DNA of 63,508 bases, filler included, from Folioceros fuciformis (Eukaryota), in assembly GCA_049999805.1 (NCBI GenBank). It is 3 parts of 3 records of this genome, joined end to end, with 100 filler letters (N's around TTAATTAATTAA, not from the genome) between each part and the next. Parts side by side here need not be neighbours in the genome. Positions count along the whole stretch, not along the records: positions 1 to 27,719 come from JBNGIO010006282.1; positions 27,820 to 59,805 come from JBNGIO010006283.1; 1 more part is not named here. One strand, given 5' to 3'. The notes under the pieces were generated by a model. The model did not search any database. It was given only the letters and a program-made list of their open reading frames with translations, and was not told the DNA's origin. A program made the position numbers and the translations under genes. The first letter of the stretch is position 1, and each line of letters starts with the position of its first letter. Below are positions 26,847 through 39,627 of this stretch, in pieces.

Positions 26847-27680
26847 TTACTTCACTCGTCCTTTCTTCATCACTGTAGAGCAGTCGGTGCAGTACCATTT
26901 GCCTCTTGGCCGGGCAGTGATGCCGACACAGTCGAACTGGAACCACTCTGTCGGGCACTGATGTCCAAGTGCAACAGTGTGATGATTAAAAGGCATTGAG
27001 AAAGAGGTGGCAGGGAAGAACTGGAGTGGTGTCAGCAACTTAGCAAGGGAGGGAAGAATGTGCACCTCTGAATTGTCGCAAGCTATCATTTCNNNNNNNN
27101 NNNNNNNNNNNNNNNNNNNNNNNNNNNNNNNNNNNNNNNNNNNNNNNNNNNNNNNNNNNNNNNNNNNNNNNNNNNNNNNNNNNNNNNNNNNNTGTAGAGC
27201 AGTCGGTGCAGTACCATTTGCCTCTTGGCCGGGCAGTGAACCACTCTATCGGGCACTGATGTCCAAGTGCAGCAGTGTGATGAGTAAAAGGCATTGAGAA
27301 AGAGGTGGAAGGGAAGAACTGGAGTGGTTTCAGCAAATTAGCTAGGGAGGGAAGAATGTGCACCTCTGAATTGTCGCAAGCTATCATTTCACCAAACGAG
27401 ACCTGGTTGCAGTAGCAGTACGTTGGCTCGTTTGGATGCACTGGTAGATCCATCTCCACTGGTGGGGCAGCAGGAACAGTGTACTGCCCTCTGCTGCAGA
27501 GAGCAAATTAACCAGGATGCGACATGCTGAAAGAGAACTGCAGGAGGGAATGGACGCTTTGAAACAAAGTGGTGGTCTTGAGTGCGTACTTTTTCCTCCC
27601 TGATTCCTCTTGAATGAGAATCTCTGACCCTGCTGCAATTCCTTGGCCCCCCATCTGAACTTGCTCTACGCAAGAAGATG
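26847..27680 (-). pseudogene. ING1: ING-family PHD finger 3' exons, two diverged tandem copies around an N gap
   Basis: MEMDLPVHPNEPTYCYCNQVSFGEMIACDNSE|CPIEWF-TARPRGKWYCTDC (21-bp deletion) and a second copy CPTEWFQFDCVGITARPRGKWYCTDC (His replaced by Gln). Confidence 0.8.
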
Positions 27681-27719
27681 GACAGGTTATAACCGAAACT
27701 GAGTAAGAACAACAGGAAC

Positions 27720-27819
27720 NNNNNNNNNNNNNNNNNNNNNNNNNNNNNNNNNNNNNNNNNNNNTTAATTAATTAANNNNNNNNNNNNNNNNNNNNNNNNN
27801 NNNNNNNNNNNNNNNNNNN
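27720..27819. other. Assembly gap with artificial TTAATTAATTAA linker (scaffold join)
   Basis: The 12-mer at 27764-27775 is embedded in a 100-bp N run and has stops in all six frames. Confidence 0.95.
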
Positions 27820-27849
27820 CAACAACGTGATACAGAAGTCTCAACCCTT

Positions 27850-29440
27850 GTGCATACTGCAACATCAAAACTGAAATTAGAGTTGGACCAGTTGAAGATA
27901 TTGATGCAAACTACTAGTGGCAAATTGGAGCAAGCCTTGTATGAAAAAGATCAAGCATGCACAGAGAAACTAAAAGCTATTGAAGCCTTGAATGAGACAA
28001 AACAAGTTGCATCATCTCATGAAAAGGCCATAATAGATCGTCTTCGTTGTCTTGAAGATGCATTCAACAAGGGCTCGGAGTTAGCCATCTCTATTGCTGA
28101 CTCTGTGGAAAGTTTCCAAAAGCATGTCTTACCTACATTTAGATCAACTCAACCTGATCTTACCAAACATAAACCTATTGAAGGAAGTGGTGAAGCAAAG
28201 TTGTTAACGGAACAGGTATTCTATTTTAATGTATTTATACAAAAGACATATAAAAATAAAGAATCAAGTTTCATTGATGGTTTTTGTTCAATGTGTCAAA
28301 TTTTGCGCCGCAGCTACGGAGGCTGGAGAGTGGGATCCAGCTACTTCGGGTGATTGTTGATGCCAAGAATGATACTCTCCTCCTAATCAGAAGCAAGGTA
28401 AGAAGCCCCTTAATAATTGGGCGATAACGTTTTTTCAGCTCGGAGGTCTCTTATTTTTGGTCTTTCTATGATTTTTAGTTTTACTTCATTTTGTGTACAA
28501 ACCCCAGTTGAAGCAAGAGAACGAAGAGCTCCGAAGCAACCTGCAATTGGAACGTGAAGCCAACTCCAAAGTACCCGTGGTGGCCCAGATCGCTCCACAC
28601 CATGAAGTGACGAACGAGAAAGAACGGTTTGAGAAGAACATACTGCGACAAGAGCTGCTCTCGTTGCAGGTGACGGCTGAATTCACCCTACGCTGTGCCT
28701 TATCATCCAACACAAGGATTTACGTACGCAGTAGTCCAGGCTGGTCGAACACACGGCTGATCTCGTGCGCACCCCACTCGGCAGAATCTGTTCAATGCAG
28801 AGGTGAAACAGCTGAAGACAAAGCTGAAAAACTACGAACTTGAGGAGGAGAAAGCTCACAAGCGCCTGAATGAGCTTCAGGCAACGGTGAATACTTTGAA
28901 CAACAAACTCAATGTCGTGGAGAACTCCAGGGCGCACGCTGAGGCTAGTCTCAAAGAAGAGACAACATCTCGCTCTCAGTTGGTTGCTCAGCTTTTTGCG
29001 TTGCGAAAGGTAGCTTCGCATCCCTTATCTCGGAGGGAACACTGGAAGTGAGGTGCTCAACATCACGTGACAGTCTTCAATTCCTGCTGCAGGAAAATGA
29101 GATGACCAAGACTGAGCTTGAGACTTTGAAGCTTAACCAGAAGGTGCCATAGTGCTTGCTCCCACACATCCATGTCCAAGAGTCATCCTTCTTGCTGATG
29201 GTTCTGACTCTGGCGCACTTGCAACAGTTTCTGGTGAGGCAACCTAGGAACGGGCGCATTCCCCCGGAGAAGATGGACCTCATGAACACCGTGAACCAGC
29301 TTCTAACAGAGATGAACAAGCTCAAGGGTGATAAGGTCGCCTTGGAAGAAGAGCTCAAAGCACAACGGCGTTCTCAAGTGCGAGACCGCGTAAAGAGGAC
29401 CATTACTTCCCGGGACGTTGCAATGGCAGCAAACAACAAG
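27850..29440 (+). CDS. Uncharacterised coiled-coil protein, partial multi-exon gene
   Basis: Heptad-rich exons (KLKLELDQLK..; EVKQLKTKLKNYELEEEKAHKRLNELQ..; MNKLKGDKVALEEELK) with GT-AG introns; bounded by gaps. Confidence 0.65.
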
Positions 29441-30427
29441 GTGACAAATGACACCGGCTCCCTCCTTTGCACACCACAATGCACCACCCTACTTCCCCNN
29501 NNNNNNNNNNNNNNNNNNNNNNNNNNNNNNNNNNNNNNNNNNNNNNNNNNNNNNNNNNNNNNNNNNNNNNNNNNNNNNNNNNNNNNNNNNNNNNNNNNCC
29601 CCTGCATCAGCTAGTCCTCTAGACTATCCCAAGGGGACCACGCTCCCGTACCATGCTACCAAGATGGACATTGATTCGGCCACCTCCTCCCTCCTGCAAG
29701 GGGACTTGATAGAGATTCCCTGCAGGGATGGCCCCAGGCTCGCCGGTTAGTGCCAAACACCGGCACCCTGTGATCTGTTTTGCTGTCGCCGGCACCGGTT
29801 CTGCTGTTTCTCATGCAGCACATTTGTACCATAATGTTATTGAAGCGGCTGCAAAGAAAGCCGCCAGGTCTCTCCAACATCTTCCTTCCATCCTGCCTTA
29901 CCTTGTCCCCTCCAGGCTTTGGAGCATAGGCTAAGTCGGCTACTTTGGCACATTACTGGACGCAATCTGACGCAGAAAGGTAAAGGTAACAACACAGCGC
30001 CAAGATCTAGGTCCTCCCCAAGAGGATTGATCGGGGTAGAACGGCCTCCAAATCCCCAGTTGCCACACCTGAAGAGTGTCTTGGAGATTCGTCAGCATCG
30101 TATGTCCCACAACACAACGGGAAGAGGGGTGACTGTGTACACACGTCTGGTTCCTTCGCACCCGGGCCCTTCCTTGCGGGAAAGGTACAGCTATGATCGA
30201 AGTATGTATACATACAAACATTGTGATGGCCGTTGGCCTACTTATCGCTGTGCCCAGTTCACGAATGGTTTCGTTCGAAGCTGTTCTTCCAATTACAGCT
30301 CCTCTTTCCGCAGCCCTAACTCATTCGACGGGCTGATCTCCGTACGGTGCTCTGTGCGGGATCGCGGTCGGCCTTGCTATACTCTCCAGGCTGAACTAGG
30401 GACGAGGTCTCTATTGACACGTTTCAG

Positions 30428-32473
30428 CGATGACGTCTGTGCTGGGGAAAATTGCAACCGTGCTCGAGAAGGGCGTGGCCAGCAAGGAAATGAGGCTCAT
30501 GGTACGCGCTGTTCGCCTCACCGTGGCCGCGCGCCGCAAGCTGAAGGCGGCTGTCTTGGTGGCCTTTCTGAAGCAGACCCTACCGTCTGGCTCGGAGCCG
30601 CTCTTGCGGCTGCTGCCGCATGTTTCTAAGGTAAGACATTGCTGGGAATTCTCTTCTCTTTTTTTTCACCCCTGTCAATTGGAATTTCTGGAGCTGGATA
30701 TGATAGGTTGATCGTGAGATGGGCAAGTTGCAGGCGGCAGAGGAGGAAAAGGAACCGGAAGGGCCGCAGAGCAAAAAGGGCGAGGGGAAGAAGGAGGCTG
30801 AATATGATGTGGACGCCATGGAAGTGGATACTCCGGCTCCTCCACCGCCGCAGACACAGACTGTGCATAAGCAGGCCCTGCTGCCGGAATTGGAGATCTA
30901 CGCCCACCTGATTGTCCTTATATACTTGATTGATCAGAAGAAGTATGATGAGGTTGGTTTCTAGTCAATGCTGGTGGTTTTGGTGAGCGGGGTACAGGAG
31001 TCATGGTTCTCAGCTGTTTGTTTCTGCAGGCAAAAAATGTTGCCTCGTTTGCGATAAAGAGGCTACAGCAGTTCAATCGGAGGACGCTGGATGTGTTGGC
31101 AGCAAAGCTGTACTACTACTATTCGTACAGTTTTGAGCTCACGAATTCTCTAGCAGAGATTCGGGGGTAAGTGTAGCTAACAGCTCGTAGTGCAGCCAAC
31201 GCTCTTCCTGTGGTCAGGGGCTACTTGTGGCGGCTAAGCTGTTTCTTGGTTGTGCAGGGCTAAGCTGTTTCTTGGTTGTGCAGGGTGCTACTTGCCTTGC
31301 ATCGGACAGCCACACTGCGACATGATGATTTGGGCCAGGTAGCTGTTACTGGAAGCTGCATGTGGTTGTCTTGGGTGTCTTCCAAGAGAATGCTGTTGTT
31401 TTGACGTTCAGCTCGTTGGTCTTGTTACTGTTGGCCGGCAGGAAACGCTCTTGAATCTTCTTCTTCGCAACTACTTGCATTATAACCTATATGACCAAGC
31501 TGAAAAGCTGCGATCTAAGACGCAACGTTCTGAGGCTCATTCTAATCAGCAGGTGGTTTCCTAGGTCATCCTGTGCATCTTCACTTCTTTCTGTCTGGAA
31601 CAGCTGCTAACTTTTGGAACTGCAGCTGTGCCGGTACCTTTATTATCTTGGAAGGATACGAACTATTCAGCTGGAATACACCGATGCCAAAGAGTGCCTC
31701 CTTCAAGCTGTTAGGAAGGCACCAAGCACAGCACGAGGTTTTCAGATTCAATGCAATAAATGGGCTGCTATCGTGAGGCTTCTGCTTGGAGAGATTCCAG
31801 AGCGCACAACATTCATGCAAGCTGGGATGAGGAAGGCTCTTAGACCTTACTTTGAACTTACGAATGTAAGCTTGGCCCCGTCTCAAGTTTGTTCTTGGTT
31901 TGACTTTGCATTGATAAGCTGGGATCTGAAAGAGAGCATGCATGTCACGTTCTGAAGGCTGTGCGCATCGGCGACCTTGAGCTGTTTCGCTCCATAGCAG
32001 AGAAGTACGGGAGTGTTTTCTTCAAGGACAAGACTCATAATTTGATAGTTCGACTTCGGCATAATGTGATAAGAACTGGGCTCCGGAATATCAGCATATC
32101 ATATTCTCGGATATCACTCGTGGATGTTGCTGCCAAGCTGCATCTTGATGCAACCATGACAGTTGCGGACGCAGAAAGCATTGTGGCGAAGGCCATCAGG
32201 GATGGTGGAATAGATGCTGTCGTTGACCATGCTAGTCGATGGATGCAATCAAAAGAAACGGGTGACATCTACTCCACCCAGGAGCCTCAACTGGCTTTTC
32301 ACTCCCGTATTGCCTTCTGTCTCAATATACATAACGAGGCAGTCAAGGCGTTGAGGTTTCCTCCAGATGCCCACAAGAAGGAGTTGGAGAGTGCAGAGAA
32401 GAGACGTGAACGGCAGCAGCAGGAACAGGAGCTTGCCAAGCACATTGCGGAGGAAGATGACGATGAGTTCTGA
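30428..32473 (+). CDS. RPN3: 26S proteasome non-ATPase regulatory subunit 3 (first exon may lie further upstream)
   Basis: [106 protein letters not shown]. Confidence 0.96.
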
Positions 32474-33263
32474 GGAATCCATGTGTCTAGCAGCACTGGT
32501 AAATTATTCCTCTGCACGTTTGGCAATCCGATTGTGTCAGTCAGCGTCCTTGAAGTCCCTGATCACTCCTTGTGTACCCGTGGTGGAGGAGTTGAGTGCC
32601 GTTGAAAGTGAACCTGATTTTGAGAAGTCAGGTCAAAAGCGAATAGCTCACTAGCTGTGCATTTCTTCATTTTCTTTTGCATAGTGAATTATGTGTTGAC
32701 GTTGCTGTGCATACAAACAGAGTGAGCATGTTGTCGCAGGAGCCTCGGAAGCAAGAAACTGACGAGCGAGTGACTCCCCTGCAAAAGCGTGGATTATAAG
32801 ATGCTTCGGTATGGCTCGTACAGCATTTGGCTGGGACACAAAGATCGACCAAAATGTAATGAGCCGTCGCACTTCAGGGGTTCGCTCAAGGATGTTGATG
32901 GGTCAACCTTGGTGCACGAGCTTGGTGCGGGAAGCTTTCGGTTCTGTCAGACTCTCATTTCAAACAAAACTTGAACTACGCCAACATCCGAAACGGTGGG
33001 AATCTGACAACCAGCGAGATTCGCCATCTATTTTGATGTACATGAGGCGTGTACGCTGCCAGGCGTACACCTCATTTGTACATTTGCATCGGGACAAAAC
33101 CAAGGCAGGAATACGCTTTTGTTGAGAGCTGTATGGTAGTTCGCAATGAACGATCGAACGAACTAAACGTAATCAGTTGCCGCTTTACTTTTGGTGCAGG
33201 ACTGTTTAGAATTTCGACCAATCCCGATTTAGTTTCAACCAGAGGTGTTGATTATTAACATAT

Positions 33264-33375
33264 CCACAAAGTTAGTTTCAACAACAAAAATCAGTGTATG
33301 GTATACCAAAGCGGAGAGAAAGGATCCCACAAAGTTAGTTTCAACAACAAAAATCAGTCTATGGTATACCAAAGC
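33264..33375. repeat. 63-bp-period direct repeat containing TATGGTATACCAAA
   Basis: CCACAAAGTTAGTTTCAACAACAAAAATCAGT.TATGGTATACCAAAGC x2. Confidence 0.85.
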
Positions 33376-33869
33376 TAAAAGAAAGGGTCTGTTAGAAAGT
33401 TTTCTTTAAAAAAGACATGGCGGCTTCGGGTAGTAAGCCATAGCGGAGAGACTCGAGCGGAGAGAGGGAGTCTCTCAGAATTTTTTTCTTAAAAAAAAAG
33501 ACATGGCGACTATGGCATACCAAATTAGACACCTTTTTCACCTAGAGTATCTATGGGTATGTACTCAAGATGTTTTTTTCTTTTTCCTGTGTCTAATTTG
33601 TCCATCATCCCTAAGCAAACACTTTAGCCAAATCAATCACCTGAAAAGTGCACATGTTTTAAGAGTTTTCCCAAAAACACTTCTCTACCGTTTAATGTGA
33701 TTTTGGACATCTGAAAGATGGACATCTCCTCAAATTGGGTTTCTTTCCCGCATTTCTTTCACAAAACTGAGACTGCAGTTTGCCCACAATGCACCATATT
33801 TAGGTGTCATGGCAGACCGGGGAGGGTGACCTGCTCCCTTCGCGAACCCATAATCCAATAATTCTCGTC

Positions 33870-34150
33870 CTAAGCCCATGTCTTCAAGCCCAAGCCCAAG
33901 CCCAAGTCCGTGTCTTCAAGCCCATCTGCCCTTGTCTTCAAGGCCATTTGCCCTTGTCTTCAAGCCCATCTGCCCGTGTCTTCAAGCTCATCTACCCGTG
34001 TCTTCAAGCCTGTGTACCCGTGTCTTCAAGCCCGTGTACCCGTATCTTCAAGCCCGTGTGCATGTGTCTTCAAGCCCGTTTGCCTATGTCTTCAACCTCG
34101 TCTGCCCATGTCTTCAAAATCATATGCCCGTGTTGTCAAGCCCATCTGTA
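33870..34150 (+). repeat. 22-bp tandem repeat, about 11 copies
   Basis: TGTCTTCAAGCCCATCTGCCCG-like units. Confidence 0.9.
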
Positions 34151-34152
34151 GT

Positions 34153-35055
34153 ATGGAGCTTCCTTGCGAGCATGACACAACGATGATGGAGGAGGCCATA
34201 AATATGTACAATGACTATAGTACGCACATTAGAGGAAAGTTTTGACCTGAATGCAGCGGAGAATACTGGAGGAAGCTTTGAGGATGCGGATGACGACATT
34301 GTTGCCGATAGTGAAGAGCAGCATACCAAATCCAAGGTGAAATAAGATGCTAAGATTTTTGGACATAAGAGGCAACTGGCATCCTCATTCAAGAGTACTA
34401 TGAAATGCACCTTGTGCATTTGAAGCAAGGTAACCTTAGTGTCAAACATTGGAAGGAGGTAGCCATAGGGGTCAGCAATACATGTGGCCTTCCAAGTGTG
34501 ACAACAAGAAAGTGCAAGATGAAGATGGAAAATCTAACAAAGGGATACAAGAAAGAGAAGGAGCAGAAGACATATGCAAGGAACATCAATAGTACTTGGC
34601 CCCACTTCCATGCCATGGTTGAGCTTTGCGAGAAGAACCCCAAGTTCCAAGGCATACCCGATGCCTTGGATCCTGGCAAGGTCCAAGCACAGTCCAGGAA
34701 CAACACAAGCTCTCCTCTTGAAGATGCTCCATTTGCAACATTACTAGAAGGTGTTATGTCTACAACATATGTTGAAGATCCTCCAATACCTGCCACATAG
34801 GATTTTCTAGTTCAAGAGCAAGAAGATTCCTCTAATCCCTCGCATCACCAGGCTACACTGGAGGCTGTAGGCAATATTGAAGATGAGATGGAGAACTCTG
34901 CAAGGCAACCTGCCACACAAGAACAAACTATTAAAGGCGAAAGAGTTAGGAGGAGAAGGTCTTCCATAACTAGAGTTAGGAAGGAAATTACTACAAGGTT
35001 GACCTCCTTCGCCAAGTGTCTGGCAAAGCTTGAAGCTACAAAAATGGCCAACTAA
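34153..35055 (+). pseudogene. Harbinger Myb/SANT (trihelix) gene remnant
   Basis: LKQGNLSVKHWKEVA..KCKMKMENLTKGYKKEKE..STWPHFHAMVELC; in-frame stops. Confidence 0.8.
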
Positions 35056-35534
35056 ACAGGAATTTCAGCACCGCATGTTAGACAACCAGCTCAAAACAAC
35101 AGCCATGTTTGCAGGGAGGCAAGACAGGTGCTATGGTGAACAAAGCAACCCTATTATGGCAGGGTAGGCTTGCAGCACTTTGGTAGTTTAGAGAAGTTGT
35201 AGAATGGAATCGTAAACGTTCAACACGATGGAGCAGCGAGCAAAGAGCCCTAGGCAATTTGGCATGTTTAATAAAAGGCTTACTTTGTTGGGCAAGTAAG
35301 TTACTAGGAAAAACAGGTTTTGGATGTATTAGTACACTAGTAGTTTGGCAGTTTAGTGGCTTCATTTACATAGCATGTGATAGGTTTGGCAAATAAGTTC
35401 TCTACTTCAAAGTGTGGATTTTATGGCTTGAAAAGAAAGGTGTTTTAGTACATGTTCACAGCTGTCCTATACAACAACGCTATGATGTCACTCCTATCAT
35501 GAGCATTAGCTTACCATGTCCTGCTTTAAGCTCA

Positions 35535-35642
35535 TATGCATCTTATTATGCATCCTATGCATCTTATTATGCATCCTATGCATCTNNNNNNNNNNCATCT
35601 TATTATGCATCCTATGCATCTTATTATGCATCCTATGCATCT
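35535..35642. repeat. 21-bp tandem repeat with N gap
   Basis: TATGCATCTTATTATGCATCC units. Confidence 0.85.
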
Positions 35643-36754
35643 CTCTGCTCTGCACCTTTCCAATACTCAAATAAGGCATTCCTTTTGAGTACAGCCATAT
35701 TGCGCATCCTCCACTCACCAATACCTTCCCACATACCATAAGGTTGACACTCATGAAGCGGGAAAGGGTCTTCATTGCATTGTTGAGGTTCTAACTCCCG
35801 AATCTCAATACAAAAATTGTGAAGTGCACAACAAGCTATGACAACATGTGGGGCATACTTCAAACGAACATTAAGGTTGTTTAGTACAGGCTATTTATTT
35901 TTCAGCAATGCAAATGCATTCTCCACTTTCACTCTTCCTCTAACCCTAGAACAATTGAATAATTTTTTAGAACGATCCTCCCCTGGTGCATGAAAGGGCT
36001 TCATTCGAAAACGCATTCATGGATATGCACTATCCCCTAAAATATATGAAGCTATTTCAACATCTTGGATCTACACAAAAGGTTCTGCTAAAATGACACT
36101 AGCCTTCATCTTTTCCCAACAATTTGAGCATCATGAACCCCACTAGTATGAGAACTACAAACATCAATGAATTTTTTATCGATATCACATATGCATATGC
36201 CTTGTAATACGATAGAATGAATATCATGACCACCAATATGCAACTGGGTTGTCTACTTGCTTGGGCTGTGCATGAAGCTTGATGTGTGAACCATCTATAG
36301 CTCCAATTATATTAGAAAGGCATGTGAGCTGCAAGAACTTATAACATGTTTTGTGCCTAACAGTCGTTTTCCATGAAGCCCGTTTGGTGCACATTTAAAT
36401 TTACACCATCCTAGTCACCTAGTCACATATCCACATTTAAATCTTTTTTTCAAAAATCACTTATATTGACTTGTGGTGGACATAATCGATCTGCACACAT
36501 TTGCTTCAAGCCCACAACCAAGTGGTACATAAATCCTTCAAACTATGAAACTTTCTAGAAAAAATGAATCTTACTGTTGGTGCGCTGGTCTACTGGCGCA
36601 CCAAAGAGTATGTTTGGAGGACAGGAAACTGGCTATCTGCATCCCATGAATTTAAAAAGTTTAATAGTCAAATTTGTTTATACTCATAATGTACCATCCA
36701 CTTTAACTACTCTCAAAATCACATCTAAAACAAAACATGAACAACTTGGTTGGC

Positions 36755-37930
36755 CTAGGAATCGACAACTACATCTACGTCTTCGAGGCACTGGCCCTCT
36801 ATGTCTTTGAAGTTGTCTCCCTCCACATCTAGGACAGAGAAATGCGGGTCGTCCATAGTCTGAGGCGGAATCGTTCCATTCTCATCCCATATCGTCATCG
36901 CATATAGGTCTTCCGCTATTCTGTCATCCGATTGAGAAAAAATCTCTCCTTTTTTTCCCAACAAACTGAATACCTGCATCCGACGATCCACGCTACCGTC
37001 CGCGCAAACTTCTTTGGCCCAAACTTTGTAGGCCCGTGCGAGAAGTGTTCTGTGCTGATCTCCACATTAGCATCTGGCAAAGAGCCTATGCCATTCACTC
37101 GCTGCATAATATAAGTGGTGCATCTTATATCAATATCCACTGCAATAACATGCCTTCCTCTTTGAATCGCAGACTATAGAAATGACCCAAATTCTGCGCA
37201 AGCATCCACTACCAAGTCTCCTTCAGCGGAAAACATATTTACCAACATACCTATTAATCTAAGGGGCTTTTGATATGGTGAGACGACTACAGAATCTGCC
37301 GAGTGGAACGGATGTTTCTTCACCACAGCACCATGCCTTATAACTCTCAGAAGAAGAAATCCTTGATTCGCGAATAATGCAGCTTTGATGTCCTGAGCTT
37401 TCAAAATGAACTGCACTTCCAACAGTTAAATACTCGACAGTCTCAACCGCGCCTGCATTGGGAGGTATGTTGGTTTTCTCCCACACTAAGGTCTGAATGG
37501 TTCCCTTCTTGCACCATGGCCAAAGTGCTTCCCTAGCCTGTGTAGTGAGATCCACACCACGCATAAGGGCCACCCTATAAACATTACTGTTGGTGCATTC
37601 TGAAAACCCTCGGATCATGTCTTCAAGCTCTTCGCTTGTCAGCTGCCTGTCGAATTCATGTCATTGCAATGCACGAGGCAAATCAGCGAATAACAAAGTG
37701 TAAGGTCGGTTAACCAGGAATGCTTTCATCTCCAGGATGTTTCGATGGATTACTTAATACTTAGTCTTATGGTTGCTGCTTGGGACTCTGAACTCCGATA
37801 ATCCTGCATCCGTATCTGCATCAGCGAGTTTCTTCTTTTCTTCTTCCATGCGCTTTCAGTTTCTTGCTGAATAAACATAATCTTGAAAAGGTTTCGGCAA
37901 TGCTTCTAGGTCCTTGATGTTTGCGGGTTT
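36755..37930 (-). pseudogene. Beta-class N4-cytosine/N6-adenine DNA methyltransferase remnant
   Basis: VIHRNILEM..PYTLLFADLPR (motif IV position); IQTLVWEKTN; ETVEYLTVG; PYQKPLRLIGMLVNMFSAEGDLVVDACAEFGSFL*SAIQRGRHVIAVDID (motifs X-I-II); stops and frameshifts. Confidence 0.8.
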
Positions 37931-38120
37931 CTGTCAAAAAGCATTTCGTTCAGAGCAATCACACCACAGGCAGAATCATAAATCAAGAACTACGTCACTC
38001 CATCCTACGTAAGGGAAAAATCACTTCTAATGACTAGAGTGCGCCAGTAGACCGGCGCACACCCACCATTAGTGCGTATTTCTTCTTATTCTAATTCAAA
38101 GTTCCATGCGTTTTTTGTAG

Positions 38121-39150
38121 AGGGCTTCGAATCTGACTTGAAGATACATTGACATAGATTGAAATTAGAGCATGAGAAGAGTATCAAACATCGGGTCAAA
38201 TGTTATGGCGACCTCGGGAAGTACATTGGGATATCAGTGGATGGAATGGATCAACAAAAGACTCAGCTGCCCCATTTCGTTCGAGTACCAAAAGATTTGG
38301 CGGATGTTGGCCTCCTAGATGTGCATGTGGTAGGGTGTATGATATACAACAAGACTATGACACCGAAGCTCTTCATCGAGTTTGGGAATATTCGAAATGA
38401 TGCAAACCTAACAATATCAATTATTCAGCGCATGATACACAAGTACGACGGCCTGCTACCTGGAGTTCTTTACTTGTAGCTAGACAACACTACACGAGAG
38501 AACAAAAACAAGTTGTTTTTTTCTTATTTGAATATGTTAGTGGAAAAGCGGGTTTTCGTGAAGATAAAAGTGGGGTTCTTGTTAGTGGGCCATGCGCACA
38601 ACCAGGTAGATCAGATGTTTTCCAGGTTTTCAACGGCACTCAGTCGGAAGAAAGCTTTGACTTTACCAAAACTTATTACAGTCGGGCAGAACGCATATAT
38701 TCATGAGGTGAAAGAGATGCTGGACTTTAGAAAGTTTGTGTGGGCTATACTGTATGGGAATAGGGTATCAGAATGTTGCAACGGTTCATTAGTTGCATAA
38801 TATATCTTTTCAACACGAGTTCAAGATCACGAAGGAGACCCGCGGAGATCGTGGATCTGTTACAGTTATGAGAGGGAAACAGTATTCTACTTATCAATAC
38901 TGGTCGCCTGATGACGGTATATAATTTCTCAAACTAGTTCCGGATGGGGTTATGAAAGCCGCTCCACTGATGCATTTGCAGGTGAGGAGTAAGAAACAGA
39001 AGACTATTACTGACAATGTGCTAGGATATAACCTGTTGCAGATTTGATCAAGAGTGGAGTGCAAATTACGGTAGCACTTAGATGTGGGCGAGGACATCTG
39101 GTGGGATTCATTTTGGGCAGAGCAAGAGGCCATCGTTCAAATAATAAATT
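38121..39150 (+). pseudogene. DDE/DDD transposase remnant (Sola-like signature)
   Basis: ISVDGMDQQKTQLPHF..NDANLTISII..LYL*LDNTTRENKNK..GFLLVGHAHNQVDQMFSRFS; lies inside the TIR element. Confidence 0.75.
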
Positions 39151-39627
39151 CGGGTGTGGAGCAAGACCTCTTGTGACCATGGCAATGGTATAATCGCGAT
39201 GTGGCAGAGCTGTTGAATACACCGTTACACGTGCCAGATGCAGTGGTGGTGGAAAACCACGGATACGAGAAGTTCCTAGAAGAGACATGTATGGACACAC
39301 TTTCTATCGGAAACACTTTTATTTTAGCGTATGGATTTGAGTTGACTCGTCAAAAACAACTGCATGCTCGCACTTGAAATGTTATTAGAAAGAACTTGTA
39401 TGTGCTTAAGCGAGATCAGGAAAATCCTCCAGATGTAATCGAAGACCAACTTGCAGACACTTGGACTATACTGGTTAAGTACTTTCCTGTATACCTCACT
39501 TCATATATATGAACACTGTTTTGCAAAGAGCTGTGGTTGGCTATTCATGAGTGCATCACTCGGTTTGCCAGTGCCATGAATGCCTCTTCTAGTAGTTCTC
39601 TGGTCAGCCGACGCAAATCTTGAGGGG

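Noticed and set aside
27764-27775. TTAATTAATTAA as a biological palindrome (also at 59850)
   Set aside because: It is embedded in Ns and matches an artificial six-frame-stop linker.
29919-30629. 236-aa ORF upstream of and overlapping RPN3
   Set aside because: No motifs, and its 3' part is an off-frame read of the RPN3 exon.
36755-37930. Bacterial contamination or a restriction-modification system as source of the MTase
   Set aside because: It is enclosed by TIRs and a TSD inside a plant Harbinger gene, has a splice-acceptor-like start and decay mutations, and no endonuclease is seen.
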